A stretch of DNA of 64,000 nt from assembly GCA_965205025.1 (NCBI GenBank), contig CBDBFU010000020.1:1-64000 (forward strand), in the 5' to 3' direction. Below the pieces are notes generated by a model that was not told where the DNA came from, ran no database searches, and worked only from the letters and a program-made list of their open reading frames with translations. The position numbers were made by a program, and so were the translations under genes. Positions 33,709-44,485 of the stretch are shown here, piece after piece; position 1 is the first letter of the stretch, and each line of letters begins with the position of its first letter. Source of the stretch: Candidatus Poribacteria bacterium. Its GTDB lineage: Bacteria > Poribacteria > WGA-4E > WGA-3G.

Positions 33709-34483
33709 CGTGTAATCCTCTTGAGGCATTTACAACCCATCTTGCTGCACGAATTGCACCTTTAGCAAAAGCTTCAGGACTGTGGGCGCGATGAACAACA
33801 CTTAATGTTTCTCCTTCAGTGGCAAACATTACAGTATGATCACCGGCTATATCCCCGCCGCGAATTGCATGGACACCTATCTGTTTATGGGGACGGGCAC
33901 CAACAATACCATGTCTCCCATAGACACCCACTTCTGATAAATCCCTATCAAGTGCATTTGCGACTGTTTCAGCTAATCTAAGGGCTGTACCACTTGGAGA
34001 ATCTGCTTTATGATTGTGATGTGCTTCAATCACTTCAATATCATAATCATCCCCAAGTGCCTTTGCAACCAATTCTAACGCTTGTATCATGACATTAATA
34101 CCGAGACTCATGTTTGGAGCCATGACACATCTGATCTTTGAGGCTAATTCATGAACAGTTGATTGTTCTGACGAACTAAATCCTGTTGTGGCGATTACCA
34201 TTGCTTTGTCAGCTTCTACAACCTGACGTAGGTGTTTAATTGTTGCTTCTGGTTTTGAGAATTCGATGATTACATCTGCAGTATCCAATACAGTTTTTAG
34301 ATCATCAGTAATAGGAACTCCAATTTGATTGATTCCTGCAATTACACCTGCATCACTTCCAAGATCTGGATGTTCCGAAAACTCAATTGCCCCAACTATT
34401 TCCATATCTTCTTGTAGTGATACCCCTTGGATAATTAATCTACCCATTCTGCCACAAGCACCATTAACAACTACATTTACCAT
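33671..34483 (-). CDS. dapB: 4-hydroxy-tetrahydrodipicolinate reductase
   Basis: GACGRMG, IATTG, APNMSLG, EAHHNHKADSPSGTA, RGGDIAGDH. Confidence 0.96.
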   Translation of the reverse strand: MVNVVVNGACGRMGRLIIQGVSLQEDMEIVGAIEFSEHPDLGSDAGVIAGINQIGVPITDDLKTVLDTADVIIEFSKPEATIKHLRQVVEADKAMVIATTGFSSSEQSTVHELASKIRCVMAPNMSLGINVMIQALELVAKALGDDYDIEVIEAHHNHKADSPSGTALRLAETVANALDRDLSEVGVYGRHGIVGARPHKQIGVHAIRGGDIAGDHTVMFATEGETLSVVHRAHSPEAFAKGAIRAARWVVNASRGLHDVSEVLFEKQSE

Positions 34484-34745
34484 TGTTTTGTCCTATACCC
34501 TTATAAATTATCTTTTTGAATTGTATGTCAGGGTCATAATCAATGTGTATTTATATATTTATTCAGTATATCATAAAGGACTTAAAACAACAACAAAACT
34601 AACTTATACGGATGTGTAAAGTTTTTGTCACTAAACGTTATGCTGCTATTGCATCTGGATACCAATATTTATCTCAAGTATCATCTTTAGTATTCATCTC
34701 AACTCCAGATATGTTAGATGTATGGATACTATGTATTATAAAAAA

Positions 34746-34897
34746 CTGTTAATTTTTATCGTCTTGAAATGTATACACTTTCACGGAAACCTTCACGGAG
34801 CAATTTTACGATCCCTTATTCTATAAGGGTTTATAATTTCAATTAGACCTATTCTCCGTGAATCACATACGTTAATTACTCTATAACTTAATTGTGT
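34746..34897 (+). repeat. ~150-bp fixed-spacing dispersed element, copy A
   Basis: CTGTTAAT..TTCACGGAAACCTTCACGGAG..CCCTTAT-tct-ATAAGGG..CTCCGTGAATCACATACGTTA..TAACTTAATTGTGT; other copies at 54492 (+) and 54996 (-). Confidence 0.85.
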
Positions 34898-34935
34898 GTT
34901 GAGTGCTTATATGTTTTCATACGAAGTGTATTGAC

Positions 34936-35007
34936 ACATAGCACTCCGCTGGAGTGCCAGACTGTTCCGATATTGTTTTCTATAGACATAGTACTCCGCT
35001 GGAGAAC
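34936..35007 (+). repeat. Tandem pair of CTATAGACAT+hairpin REP-like units
   Basis: acatagGCACTCC-gct-GGAGTGC, spacer, ctatagacatagtACTCC-gct-GGAG. Confidence 0.75.
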
Positions 35008-35709
35008 GGTATTTTTGATATACAAAACTGAATAAAAAATAGATTTATTATTAGATACTCAGTTTCCTCTGAATTAGAATTGTCCAATTTCGGCTTTGTA
35101 TATAATTGGCATATATTGGTCTTGAGAATTTTCTTCAATAACTCATATTTCTGATTGTTATAAAGGTGTAAAAACAGAGATTTAATCCTAATATACATAC
35201 AAAAAACAGTGTATAAAAACATACATTTAATCCTAAATACTCAGACAGTAGATCATGTTGTTGTGGCGTTCTCAATGCATCGAAAAAATGAAAAAAGTTA
35301 CACTTTTTGTCACACGGTGTGACATTGAAATTGGTGTAATTTACCCCTATAACCGCTGTCATAGACTGGCTTTATTCCACTTTGAATTGACTTTATAAGA
35401 AATTCGAAAAAATGTGATTTGTGTTATTGTTGTGCTTTCTGATTTTGACATTCTCAATGGTTATAAAGGTATGCTTTTTTGACGTATATGAAACTTTGTA
35501 ATTAGGATCGTTTTTATAGATAGTCATCATTTATTTTCCTTTATAATTTTGTATGAATTTATTTCATTTTGACAAATATTATTAATGTGTTTTCTATTTT
35601 GTGATATGTATGTTAGTTGTTAGAGATGGGTGTTTTCTTCATTTTTTTATGTTTGATTGGTTTTATTATCTTCTTGTTAATGTCATATACTTTACACACA
35701 TGTTAGTTA

Positions 35710-35822
35710 TACCATTTCTATAGATTATTGTCTCATTAGGCGGTTATTATGGTAGTCATTTTTCAGGTAGCAAACTGAATGTTTGTGGTACAAAAAAGAG
35801 ACATTTTCAATTAGAAATGGTA
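35710..35822. mobile_element. 113-bp MITE-like element (copy 2 of 2)
   Basis: Same terminal inverted repeats, length and interior as 22571-22683. Confidence 0.78.
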
Positions 35823-36120
35823 TTACATCTAAAAACATTTATCTAACTAACGTTATATATAAGTTATATAACGACTAAAAAATTATTGAAGAATCATAAA
35901 AAATAATGGTCCAAATATAACTAAAAATATAATTTGATAAAAACTTAAAATTGGCGTATTATAACTGTATAATTATGGCAACACCTTGACGCACATATAT
36001 ATGGAGACCACCAACGCTATAGGGTAAAGATATGGTTATTCATAAATGTAAACAGTGGTGTGAATAAAGTCTCCAATCACATATATATATATAGATTAAT
36101 CTTTTTCCACACAAATCGAC

Positions 36121-36251
36121 TTTATGGGTGGACACAGACTAACTGTCTATGGGACAACACCGATCAAAAACGAAGGATTCCTACTGGACAAGTAGCAACT
36201 TAGGTTAAATTATGAAACATCAGCCATTTTTGGCAAGGTATTGCATTATAA
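36121..36251 (+). repeat. Duplicated ~130-bp leader element (copy 1)
   Basis: tttatgggtggacacagactaac...gcaacttagg...agccatttt.ggc...tattg..tataa; second copy at 51506-51633. Confidence 0.8.
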
Positions 36252-36268
36252 CGAAGGGTAAAAGATAA

Positions 36269-38369
36269 ATGAAGTATTTGAAATTTGTTATTTTCTGTGT
36301 CTTGTGTGTTGTTTTATTTCCGCTTATAACGCGTGCGAAAACTGTGAGTATTCCCGATACTAATTTGCGTGTTGCAATTGAAAAAGCACTTGGGAAATCG
36401 TCTGGAGCGACGATCACAGTGGATGATATGGCGACGTTGACATTTCTTGAAGCGGAGCATGCGGATATTCGTGATTTGACAGGTTTGGAATATGCGGTTC
36501 GTCTGCGTGATCTTCGGGTTCGGCACAACGCGATATCCGATCTGTCCCCACTTGCGGAGTTGCCCCAGTTGTTTAGGATATGGGTGGCACACAATATTAT
36601 CTCTGATCTGTCGCCGCTTTCGGATTTAATTAGCTTGGAGGATTTGGGACTTGAAAACAACTTGATTTCTGATATTTCACCCTTGAAAAATTTGATAAAC
36701 GTGTGGGGTGTAAATATCAGCCATAATGCGGTAACAAACTTATCCCCGCTCGCGGGTTTAACGAAACTGCGTTGGATAGGCATATCGGAGAACCCATTGG
36801 GTGATCTATCCCCGTTAGCAGAACTGCGGAGTTTGCGAAGTTTTCATTCTTGGGGCACGCCGATTGTAAATCTATCAGCGTTATCCGAATTGCCGACCCT
36901 TCAGGTGCTTGACATCTGTGGCGGCGAACTTACAGATATTTCAGCCATAGCAAGTATGACACAGTTGAGAGAGTTGTATCTTGTTGGGAACAGCATATCA
37001 GATATATCTGTATTGTCGGGGTTGCCATATCTCCAGCGTTTGAACCTTGATGGTAATTTGATAGAGGACATCTCATCGCTTTCAGGCTTATCCAACTTGC
37101 GATGGGTAAATATTAGCCATAATAAAGTATCAGATATATCGGCTTTAGAAGGATTAGGTTCAGGTGTATCAATCATTTACCACGATAACCCCGCGTTTCC
37201 ACTGGGGGGGTCCCAAAATAGCCGGGCCGTGGCTATGGCTACTTGTTCCGGGTAATCGCGTGGGTGATGGTGATATGTTATCTGTTGCCAGCGAGGGTCG
37301 CGTAACAGAGCAGAAAGTTGCGACAGTTGGTGCAGCCGAAGGCAAGCATGTGGGTGACGCGACGTGGATAGCCGACAACATCACTGCATCAGGACATAAT
37401 AATATCGGTGAAATGGTGCGATCTAACGGTTTAGGAACTGGTGTTGTCTACGGTTCTACGACATTACAATCGCCGCGTGAACAAGCCACGCGTATGTTTG
37501 TCGGTTCCCGTGATGGTGTAAAGGTATGGTTGAACGGTAATCTCGTCTATCAGAAGGCGAGTGGTCACTGGTTTGTCGACTACCATTTTTTTACCCCTGT
37601 CACGCTTGAAATGGGGACAAATGTATTGTTAGTGATGCTTGACAATCGCCCGCATCACAGCGATCAGTGGCGCGCTTTTTTTGGGTTTGATACAAATGCG
37701 GTCTATACCGTGAATACCCCGATAAATCGGGATGAGATACCAGACTATGATGTGAATGAAGATGGACAGATAAACATTCTGGATCTGATTTTAGTCGGAC
37801 AATATATTGGCAAGAGCAACCCGACCAATACGCGTGCAGATGTCAATGGTGATGGACGCGTCAATATAACCGATCTCGTGATGGTTGCCAATCACCTTGG
37901 TGAAATCACGGGGATACCCTCGTCTCCTGCTATGCTTACACTTCGGACAAACGGGTTAGAGCCAGTGATAATACAATCATGGATAACACAAGCACAAGCG
38001 TCAGATGATGGCACACTCGTATACCGTCAAGGGATAGTGAACCTTCAACGACTTCTTGAAATCCTTTCTATTCCCAAGCAAACAGCATTACTTCCAAATT
38101 ATCCGAACCCATTTAACCCAGAGACGTGGATACCGTATCAACTTGCGACATCAGCCAATGTAACCTTGACAATCTACACAGCAGCAGGTCAGGTCGTCAG
38201 AACGCTTGAACTGGGGAATATGATAGCAGGTCTCTATCAAACGAAAAGCCGTGCTGCGTATTGGGATGGTAAAAACAATGTCGGTGAGCTTGTTTCAAGC
38301 GGTCTCTATTTCTATGTGCTGACCGCAGGTGATTTCACTGCATCGCGTAAAATGTTGATCATAAAATAG
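36269..38369 (+). CDS. Secreted internalin-like LRR protein with beta-sandwich, dockerin pair and C-terminal FlgD/T9SS-like Ig domain; +1 indel in G7 at 37204-37210
   Basis: Signal peptide, IPDTNLR cap, 22-aa LxxLxLxxNxIxDLSPL repeats, DVNEDGQINILDL and DVNGDGRVNITDL, NYPNPFNPETWIPY. Removing one G restores GGPKIAGPWLW, as in the paralogue at about 42295. Confidence 0.85.
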
Positions 38370-38497
38370 TATCATAAGACCATAGGATAGCTGGAATGCT
38401 GATGTTTATTAGCTTCCCAGTGATCATTAATGAATGGGTTAAAGTGTTTCGTCATTGAAACATCCCTTGAGGTATTCCATAACCGGCTGAGTGTTCT

Positions 38498-38730
38498 TCA
38501 CACCAGAGGTGTGATATGTCTATAGAAAACCGATACACGCTGAGCGCGCGCACTCCAGCGGAGTGCTATGTATCTCAAATCTCTTGGATTCGTCAGAACA
38601 AGCTATTAGATCCAGGAGCGGGGACTGCAGACTAAGGAACCAGAATTAACCTCTTATAGACATAGCACTCCGCTGGAGTGCATTAAGGGTGTGGTGTTTC
38701 TTCTATAGACATATTGCTCCGCTGGAGCAA
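38498..38730. repeat. Four REP-like hairpin units (reverse pair plus forward pair)
   Basis: Hairpins TCACACC/GGTGTGA, GCACTCC/GGAGTGC (twice) and TTGCTCC/GGAGCAA, each linked to (CTATAG)ACAT. Confidence 0.8.
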
Positions 38731-38940
38731 AGAATAGATCGTCCGTGATGCAAATACATCTACACGTTAGATTGAATCATACTAATAGTATAAGTCCTAT
38801 GGTCATTTGATACAAACTATAAGTAAAAGTTGACGCAATGAGTAGTCTTGGACTTAAAAATATCGCCTAAAAAGTGCTCGCTTACTGAGTACGTGACCTT
38901 TGGGAGTGCTGCTCCCACTACAATACGAGGTAAATAAACG

Positions 38941-39624
38941 ATGCGAATGTATGCCGTTCTATTCTCTATCACAATCCTGTTTTGCGGATGCACTTCAATT
39001 TCTACCAAGCTTTTTTCAGAAGATACGAGACCTTATGATTTTGGTAAAAGCCGTTGGGGATATTCTCCCAAACAGGTCGAACTGATAATGCATCAACAAC
39101 AAGGTGCTACACCTATTATGAGAAGGTCAGATGTGATTATCTATAGCGTTAGCATTAATGGTGTGCCTGCCTTATGCGTTTACACTTTCAAAGATAAGAA
39201 ACTAAGAACCGCAGGTTATATGACACGCGGGGCTGTTAAAGGTAAAGAAAAACATAGATTTTCTAAACTTAGTGTTTCTAAATATGGTGAACCAACAAAG
39301 GATAATTATGCTGGAATGGTTTGGAAAACCCCTGACTATCGTACCATTATATTTGCTAACGATTATATATCAGATATAAAAACGAACCCCTCGGAATATA
39401 CGATGAAGACATCAGGTGGTGTGCTTTCACACCTACAACTAAATTTGCCTAAAACACATCCTGGAACAATAGTACGTTGGGATGGTGTTTGGACATATAT
39501 TGATAGACAATTTTACAATGAACTACACGAAATTGAATTTCCATTATTGGAGTTGTCTTTCTACGAAAAAGTGCTGTTTGGCATAATAGAAAAACGCCTA
39601 TTACTACAACGTTGTGGATATTAG
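38941..39624 (+). CDS. Hypothetical lipoprotein
   Basis: GAGG RBS, lipobox FCGC, DFGKSRWGYS motif. Confidence 0.7.
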   Translation: MRMYAVLFSITILFCGCTSISTKLFSEDTRPYDFGKSRWGYSPKQVELIMHQQQGATPIMRRSDVIIYSVSINGVPALCVYTFKDKKLRTAGYMTRGAVKGKEKHRFSKLSVSKYGEPTKDNYAGMVWKTPDYRTIIFANDYISDIKTNPSEYTMKTSGGVLSHLQLNLPKTHPGTIVRWDGVWTYIDRQFYNELHEIEFPLLELSFYEKVLFGIIEKRLLLQRCGY

Positions 39625-39657
39625 CTTGACTTAAACACATTATAAAGGGAGAACCAC

Positions 39658-42600
39658 ATGAAAAGACAGATATTTTGGCTGGCACTCAGTTATCTGCTTA
39701 TTGTAAGCTTAGGTTATAACATAGCCATTGCACAACAACCGATCGCACAGCAGGCGTATAGTGTTATTGAAAAACATTGTCTTGGCTGTCACGGCGAGTT
39801 TGGAACGTTTACGGAAGACCTTATCATAACATATCCTACGTTGATTTCAAGTGGTCTTGTTATACCGGGGAATCCTACTGGTTCAGAGTTTTATCAGCGA
39901 TTACTGGGGCCGACGGACAACGGTCCGCGGATGCCACTCGGACAACCGCTCTCGGCTGATCTTATTGCAACGGTGCGGAAGTGGATTGAAATGGGGGCAC
40001 CCGATTGGAATAACATACCGCCACCCGATAAATCATTCATCTCTACAGATACAATACTTGATACGATAAGCACACATCTGAACACACTTCCGACTTTTAA
40101 TCGGTCGTATGTGCGGTATTTTACGATGACACATCTCTATAATGCTGGCACTACGCCTGATGTGCTACAGGTCTATCAAGAAGCACTTTCGAAGCTCGTG
40201 AATAGCCTTTCCTGGGGACGGACTGTTGTCAATCCGACACCGATTGACGAGGCAGAAACAATTTTCTACATTGATCTGCGGCATTACGAATGGGATGTGA
40301 GAAGTGATGCGTGGACACGCATTGAACAAACATATCCTTACAAACAACCGTTTGAAGCCGAAACCGAAGCAGAACAGCGACAAAAACTGACGAACCTACA
40401 GCAAGAGATGGACTGCGAAGTGCCTTTTGTTCAGGCGGATTGGTTCTTAGCAGCAGCGTCTCTACCACCGCTCTATCATGATATTCTCGCGTTGCCGGAT
40501 ACAGATACGGCATTAGAAAAACAGCTTGAAGTTGATGTTGCTGGTAATCTACAAACGGCGCCGGGGATACGCGTCTGGCGTGCCGGGTTCAATGATTCTG
40601 GTGTCTCCAATAATAATCGCGTTGTTGAAAGACATACCTCGCGATATGGTGCGTATTGGAAAAGTTATGATTTCGCGGGCAGTGTCGGCACACAGGACAT
40701 CTTTACACATCCGATCACTTTCAGACAAGATGGCGGTGAAGTCGTCTTTAATCTACCAAACGGCTTACAAGCGTATTATATCTCCGATGCTTCAGGGAAT
40801 AGACTTGATGACGCACCCATAGCCATTGTATCTAACCCTGCAGCCAGTGATCCAGTCGTCCGAAATGGTCTCTCCTGTTTCGGCTGCCATACCGAAGGTA
40901 TGAAAACATTTACGGACCAAGTGCGAGCCGTTATTGAAGATGAAGTAAATCCAAATTTCAATAAAACGCAAGCACTCGCACTTTATCCTGAAAAAGATGT
41001 GATGGATAGGCTGATTGAACAAGATAAACAGGTCTACAAAACAGCACTGGAGAAAACTGGTGGTCGTATCGGTGGGATTGAACCAATACACCGGTTCTAT
41101 GAAGTGTTCCTCAGTCCCCTTGATGCTGCACAGGCTGCAGCCGCAGTCGGATTACAAACAGACGCGTTCCGAGAACAGATAAACAAAAAGAATAGTTTAC
41201 AGGATTTAGGGCTGCTGGTGCTCACACAAGAAAATGGTACAATCAAACGTGATAAATGGACTGACGTGTTCGCACAAGTGCTGACAGTGCTACCCGAAGA
41301 TGTGTCTGAACCTATACCGCCTGATCCGATAGATGATGACCGACAAGATTACGTGCATATCCCTGACATAAACCTACGCGCAGCAATTGAAACAGCACTG
41401 AACAAGCCACAAGGTACACCTATTACTATCAACGACATGCAAACGCTGAGAACATTTGTCGCTGAAAATAAGGGTATCCAAAACTTGACAGGACTTCAAT
41501 TCGCAACGCAAGTGACATTGTTGAAATTAGGGAACAACGCAATTACGGATGTATCGCCCCTGGCTGAATTAACACAATTAGGGAGTATTCACCTATGGGG
41601 AAACAGAATAGCGGATATGACACCCCTGGCAAATCTAATAAACGCACACTGGTTAGGACTCGGAGATAATGCAATTACGGATATAACACCACTAAAAAAC
41701 CTCATAAAATTGACAGGATTAGATATTGGTAAAAACCCCATTTCAGATGTGTCTCCACTCGCAGATCTCATCAGTCTTACTGACTTATTTGCTGAGAATA
41801 TACAAGTGACGGATCTTTCCATGCTTGCAAGGATACCAAGACTCAAAAGACTTTCACTTGGGAATAACAAATCTATCACACAACTCCCAAATCTGACAGG
41901 CATAAAAACGTTGACACGCTTGGATATTATTAACACCAGCATCAAAGATATTTCCGCACTCAGCACATTTACACAACTAAAAACCTTAGACCTATATGGA
42001 AACTTGATTGAGGATATAACACCGATCGCACCTTTAGTAAACTTGACACGATTGCACCTCAGCGACAACATCATAGAAGATATATCTCCGCTTTCAGAAC
42101 TTACGCAGTTGAAAAAATTATATCTTCATTCCAATATCATATCAGATGTGACGTCTCTTGCCGGTCTAACAAACTTGGAACATTTACACCTAAATAACAA
42201 TGTGATCACCGACTTTTCACCTTTGGAAGCGCTTGCGAAAACGATTTCTGATTTTCGCACAGAGGGCAACCCTGGTTCTACTACTATTGGTATAGGCGGT
42301 CCCAAAATAGTGGGGCCGTGGTTATGGATGATCGTTCCTACACGTGATACAGAGAGTGCAGATGCTGCTCGCAGAAACATAGATTATCTCGCACAAGTCA
42401 GTGGCGGCGTTGTTACAGAGCTGGGTATCGCAACACATGGCGCAATAGAAGGTGATCCTGTCGGTGATAAAGTATGGACACTTAGTAAAATCTCGCCAAC
42501 AGATGGGAATAATATCAACACATTGGCAAATGCTACCGGGTTGGGAGCAGGTGATATAAATCGTCATGTCGCATACGGTTCTATCCTACTACACGCCCCA

Positions 42601-44346
42601 CGGGAACAGCAGACAAAAATGCTCGTCGGCAGCGATGATGCCGTAAAAGTACGGATCAATGGACAAATGGTTCACAAAAATGCTGTAAATAGAGGGAGTT
42701 CTGGATACCAAGATGAATTCGATGTGACACTGAAAGAAGGCACAAATGTATTACTCGTAGCTGTTTATGAAGGGGTCGGTTCATGGAGTGGATTCTTCGG
42801 ATTCGCACCAGACGCAGATTATACAGTATTGTCATATCGCAACAGATTTTTCTTGGAGACAGAGACAACGCAACTAAATGTCGACGAAACATTTACACTA
42901 CACCTAAACGGAACAGAAGTTGATGATCTTGCGGGGTGGCAAGCCGATATTGCGTATGACCCCGCTGTGCTAAAAGCACAAAAGGTAACCGAAGGGAGTT
43001 TCCTCAAGCAAAATAGAGGTCGCACCTATTTCCGAAAGGGAACGATTGATAATGAAATCGGCAGAATTACCGGAATCAGTTCTGCCAGAACTACTACCGG
43101 TGGTGTAGATGGAGAGGGTAGGTTGCTGTCAATCACATTTGAAACAATTGCTATCGGGGAAAGCCGAGTCGAACTCCGAAACTTTCACGGCGGCACCAGC
43201 ATAGGTGAAAACATCTTTTCTGTCCCACCTAAAACCACAATCATCGTCAAGGACTCAACAATAGATCCACCCATCATCGGGTTCACTCTGTCTACAAACA
43301 CGACAACAATTGCCGTAGACGACACCTTTACGCTCAATCTCAACGCAAATAATATCAACAACCTTGCGGGGTGGTCCGCGGATATTACCTTTGACCCGAA
43401 GGTGCTTGAAGCAGAAAAGGTGGATGAAGGAGAGTTTCTAAAGTCTGATGGTGGAACCACATTCTTCGTGGCTGGTGCTATTAATAATACGACTGGCAAA
43501 ATAATAGGACTCAATACAGCACGTATCGGTGGCATCGGAAGTAGCGGCACCGGTACATTGATGACCATCACTTTCCACGCAAAAGCAAATGGCACGACAA
43601 ATATCGCTTTCACAAACTTCCAAGCAGGCACAAACGCAGGAGATGCAATCCCTTCTGATCCACTCAATCTGACCATCACTATCGGTGAAGATGATATGAA
43701 CTCTGGTGAAGAAGATAATACACTCCTTGCTGCAGATGTTAACAAAGATGGATCAGTGAGTATCCTTGACCTCATCATCGTTGCAGGATATTTAGGACGA
43801 GATGCAAGCACTTACCCAAGAGCTGATGTCAATGGTGATAATATCATCTCAATATTAGACCTCATCCTCGTCGCAAATAGTATCGGAACAACAGAGTCAA
43901 GCGCACCGGCTTTCCTAACAGCAGATACTGATACGCTTACACCTACAATCATAAGCGCATGGATAGAACACGCACAGACGCAAAATGACGGTTCCCACGC
44001 ATTTAAAGTGGGAATTGCTAACCTTTACAAACTATTGGAGAGCGTGATACCGAATCAGACATCGCTGCTTCCGAATTATCCGAACCCATTTAACCCAGAG
44101 ACGTGGATACCTTATCAACTCGCGAAGTCCACAGACGTAGCACTGACGATCTATTCAGCAGATGGAAAGGTTATCCGAACGCTCGAATTGGGTGTGAAGT
44201 CTGCGGGGATTTATCAAGACCGAAACCGTGCTGCATATTGGGATGGGAAAAATGACATAGGTGAATCTGTTGCAAGTGGTGTTTACCTCTATACCCTCAC
44301 TGCAGGTGAGTTTATTGCAACACGCAAGATGTTGATAATGAAGTAG
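39658..44346 (+). CDS. Secreted multidomain protein: cytochrome c region (two CxxCH), internalin-like LRRs, beta-sandwich, two cohesin-like domains, dockerin pair, FlgD/T9SS-like Ig domain
   Basis: Signal peptide; CLGCH...RMP...WIEMGA (planctomycete cytochrome c-like); CFGCH; about 11 LRRs; two LAGWxADIx(Y/F)DPxVL...EGxFLK...GxGxL..ITF modules; DVNKDGSVSILDL and DVNGDNIISILDL; NYPNPFNPETWIPY. Confidence 0.88.
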   Translation: MKRQIFWLALSYLLIVSLGYNIAIAQQPIAQQAYSVIEKHCLGCHGEFGTFTEDLIITYPTLISSGLVIPGNPTGSEFYQRLLGPTDNGPRMPLGQPLSADLIATVRKWIEMGAPDWNNIPPPDKSFISTDTILDTISTHLNTLPTFNRSYVRYFTMTHLYNAGTTPDVLQVYQEALSKLVNSLSWGRTVVNPTPIDEAETIFYIDLRHYEWDVRSDAWTRIEQTYPYKQPFEAETEAEQRQKLTNLQQEMDCEVPFVQADWFLAAASLPPLYHDILALPDTDTALEKQLEVDVAGNLQTAPGIRVWRAGFNDSGVSNNNRVVERHTSRYGAYWKSYDFAGSVGTQDIFTHPITFRQDGGEVVFNLPNGLQAYYISDASGNRLDDAPIAIVSNPAASDPVVRNGLSCFGCHTEGMKTFTDQVRAVIEDEVNPNFNKTQALALYPEKDVMDRLIEQDKQVYKTALEKTGGRIGGIEPIHRFYEVFLSPLDAAQAAAAVGLQTDAFREQINKKNSLQDLGLLVLTQENGTIKRDKWTDVFAQVLTVLPEDVSEPIPPDPIDDDRQDYVHIPDINLRAAIETALNKPQGTPITINDMQTLRTFVAENKGIQNLTGLQFATQVTLLKLGNNAITDVSPLAELTQLGSIHLWGNRIADMTPLANLINAHWLGLGDNAITDITPLKNLIKLTGLDIGKNPISDVSPLADLISLTDLFAENIQVTDLSMLARIPRLKRLSLGNNKSITQLPNLTGIKTLTRLDIINTSIKDISALSTFTQLKTLDLYGNLIEDITPIAPLVNLTRLHLSDNIIEDISPLSELTQLKKLYLHSNIISDVTSLAGLTNLEHLHLNNNVITDFSPLEALAKTISDFRTEGNPGSTTIGIGGPKIVGPWLWMIVPTRDTESADAARRNIDYLAQVSGGVVTELGIATHGAIEGDPVGDKVWTLSKISPTDGNNINTLANATGLGAGDINRHVAYGSILLHAPREQQTKMLVGSDDAVKVRINGQMVHKNAVNRGSSGYQDEFDVTLKEGTNVLLVAVYEGVGSWSGFFGFAPDADYTVLSYRNRFFLETETTQLNVDETFTLHLNGTEVDDLAGWQADIAYDPAVLKAQKVTEGSFLKQNRGRTYFRKGTIDNEIGRITGISSARTTTGGVDGEGRLLSITFETIAIGESRVELRNFHGGTSIGENIFSVPPKTTIIVKDSTIDPPIIGFTLSTNTTTIAVDDTFTLNLNANNINNLAGWSADITFDPKVLEAEKVDEGEFLKSDGGTTFFVAGAINNTTGKIIGLNTARIGGIGSSGTGTLMTITFHAKANGTTNIAFTNFQAGTNAGDAIPSDPLNLTITIGEDDMNSGEEDNTLLAADVNKDGSVSILDLIIVAGYLGRDASTYPRADVNGDNIISILDLILVANSIGTTESSAPAFLTADTDTLTPTIISAWIEHAQTQNDGSHAFKVGIANLYKLLESVIPNQTSLLPNYPNPFNPETWIPYQLAKSTDVALTIYSADGKVIRTLELGVKSAGIYQDRNRAAYWDGKNDIGESVASGVYLYTLTAGEFIATRKMLIMK

Positions 44347-44485
44347 TATCAAATGACCATTCGTATCTAATAATAGTTTGAAAATGATGAAATTTGTTAT
44401 TCTTGAAGAGTGATCTATAAAAGGAACGTAAACGCGATTATACATGTTGACGTTATTAAGGCATATACTTTCAAAAGGATAAAAA

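Noticed and set aside
34484-34900. Lysine riboswitch upstream of dapB (and of asd)
   Set aside because: No recognisable L-box consensus. The shared element also precedes an unrelated gene, and at asd it lies upstream of the predicted promoter.
34980-35700. ORFs 34980..35222 and 35135..35362, or a replication origin, in the AT-rich gap
   Set aside because: The translations are low-complexity, I saw no cluster of DnaA boxes, and no dnaA or par genes are nearby.
36081-36093. (AT)n microsatellite as a contingency locus
   Set aside because: It is short and unremarkable in very AT-rich intergenic DNA.
36231-36246. Sigma54 promoter TGGCA...TTGCA
   Set aside because: GG-to-GC spacing is 9 rather than 10 nt, and the GC is not kept in the second copy.
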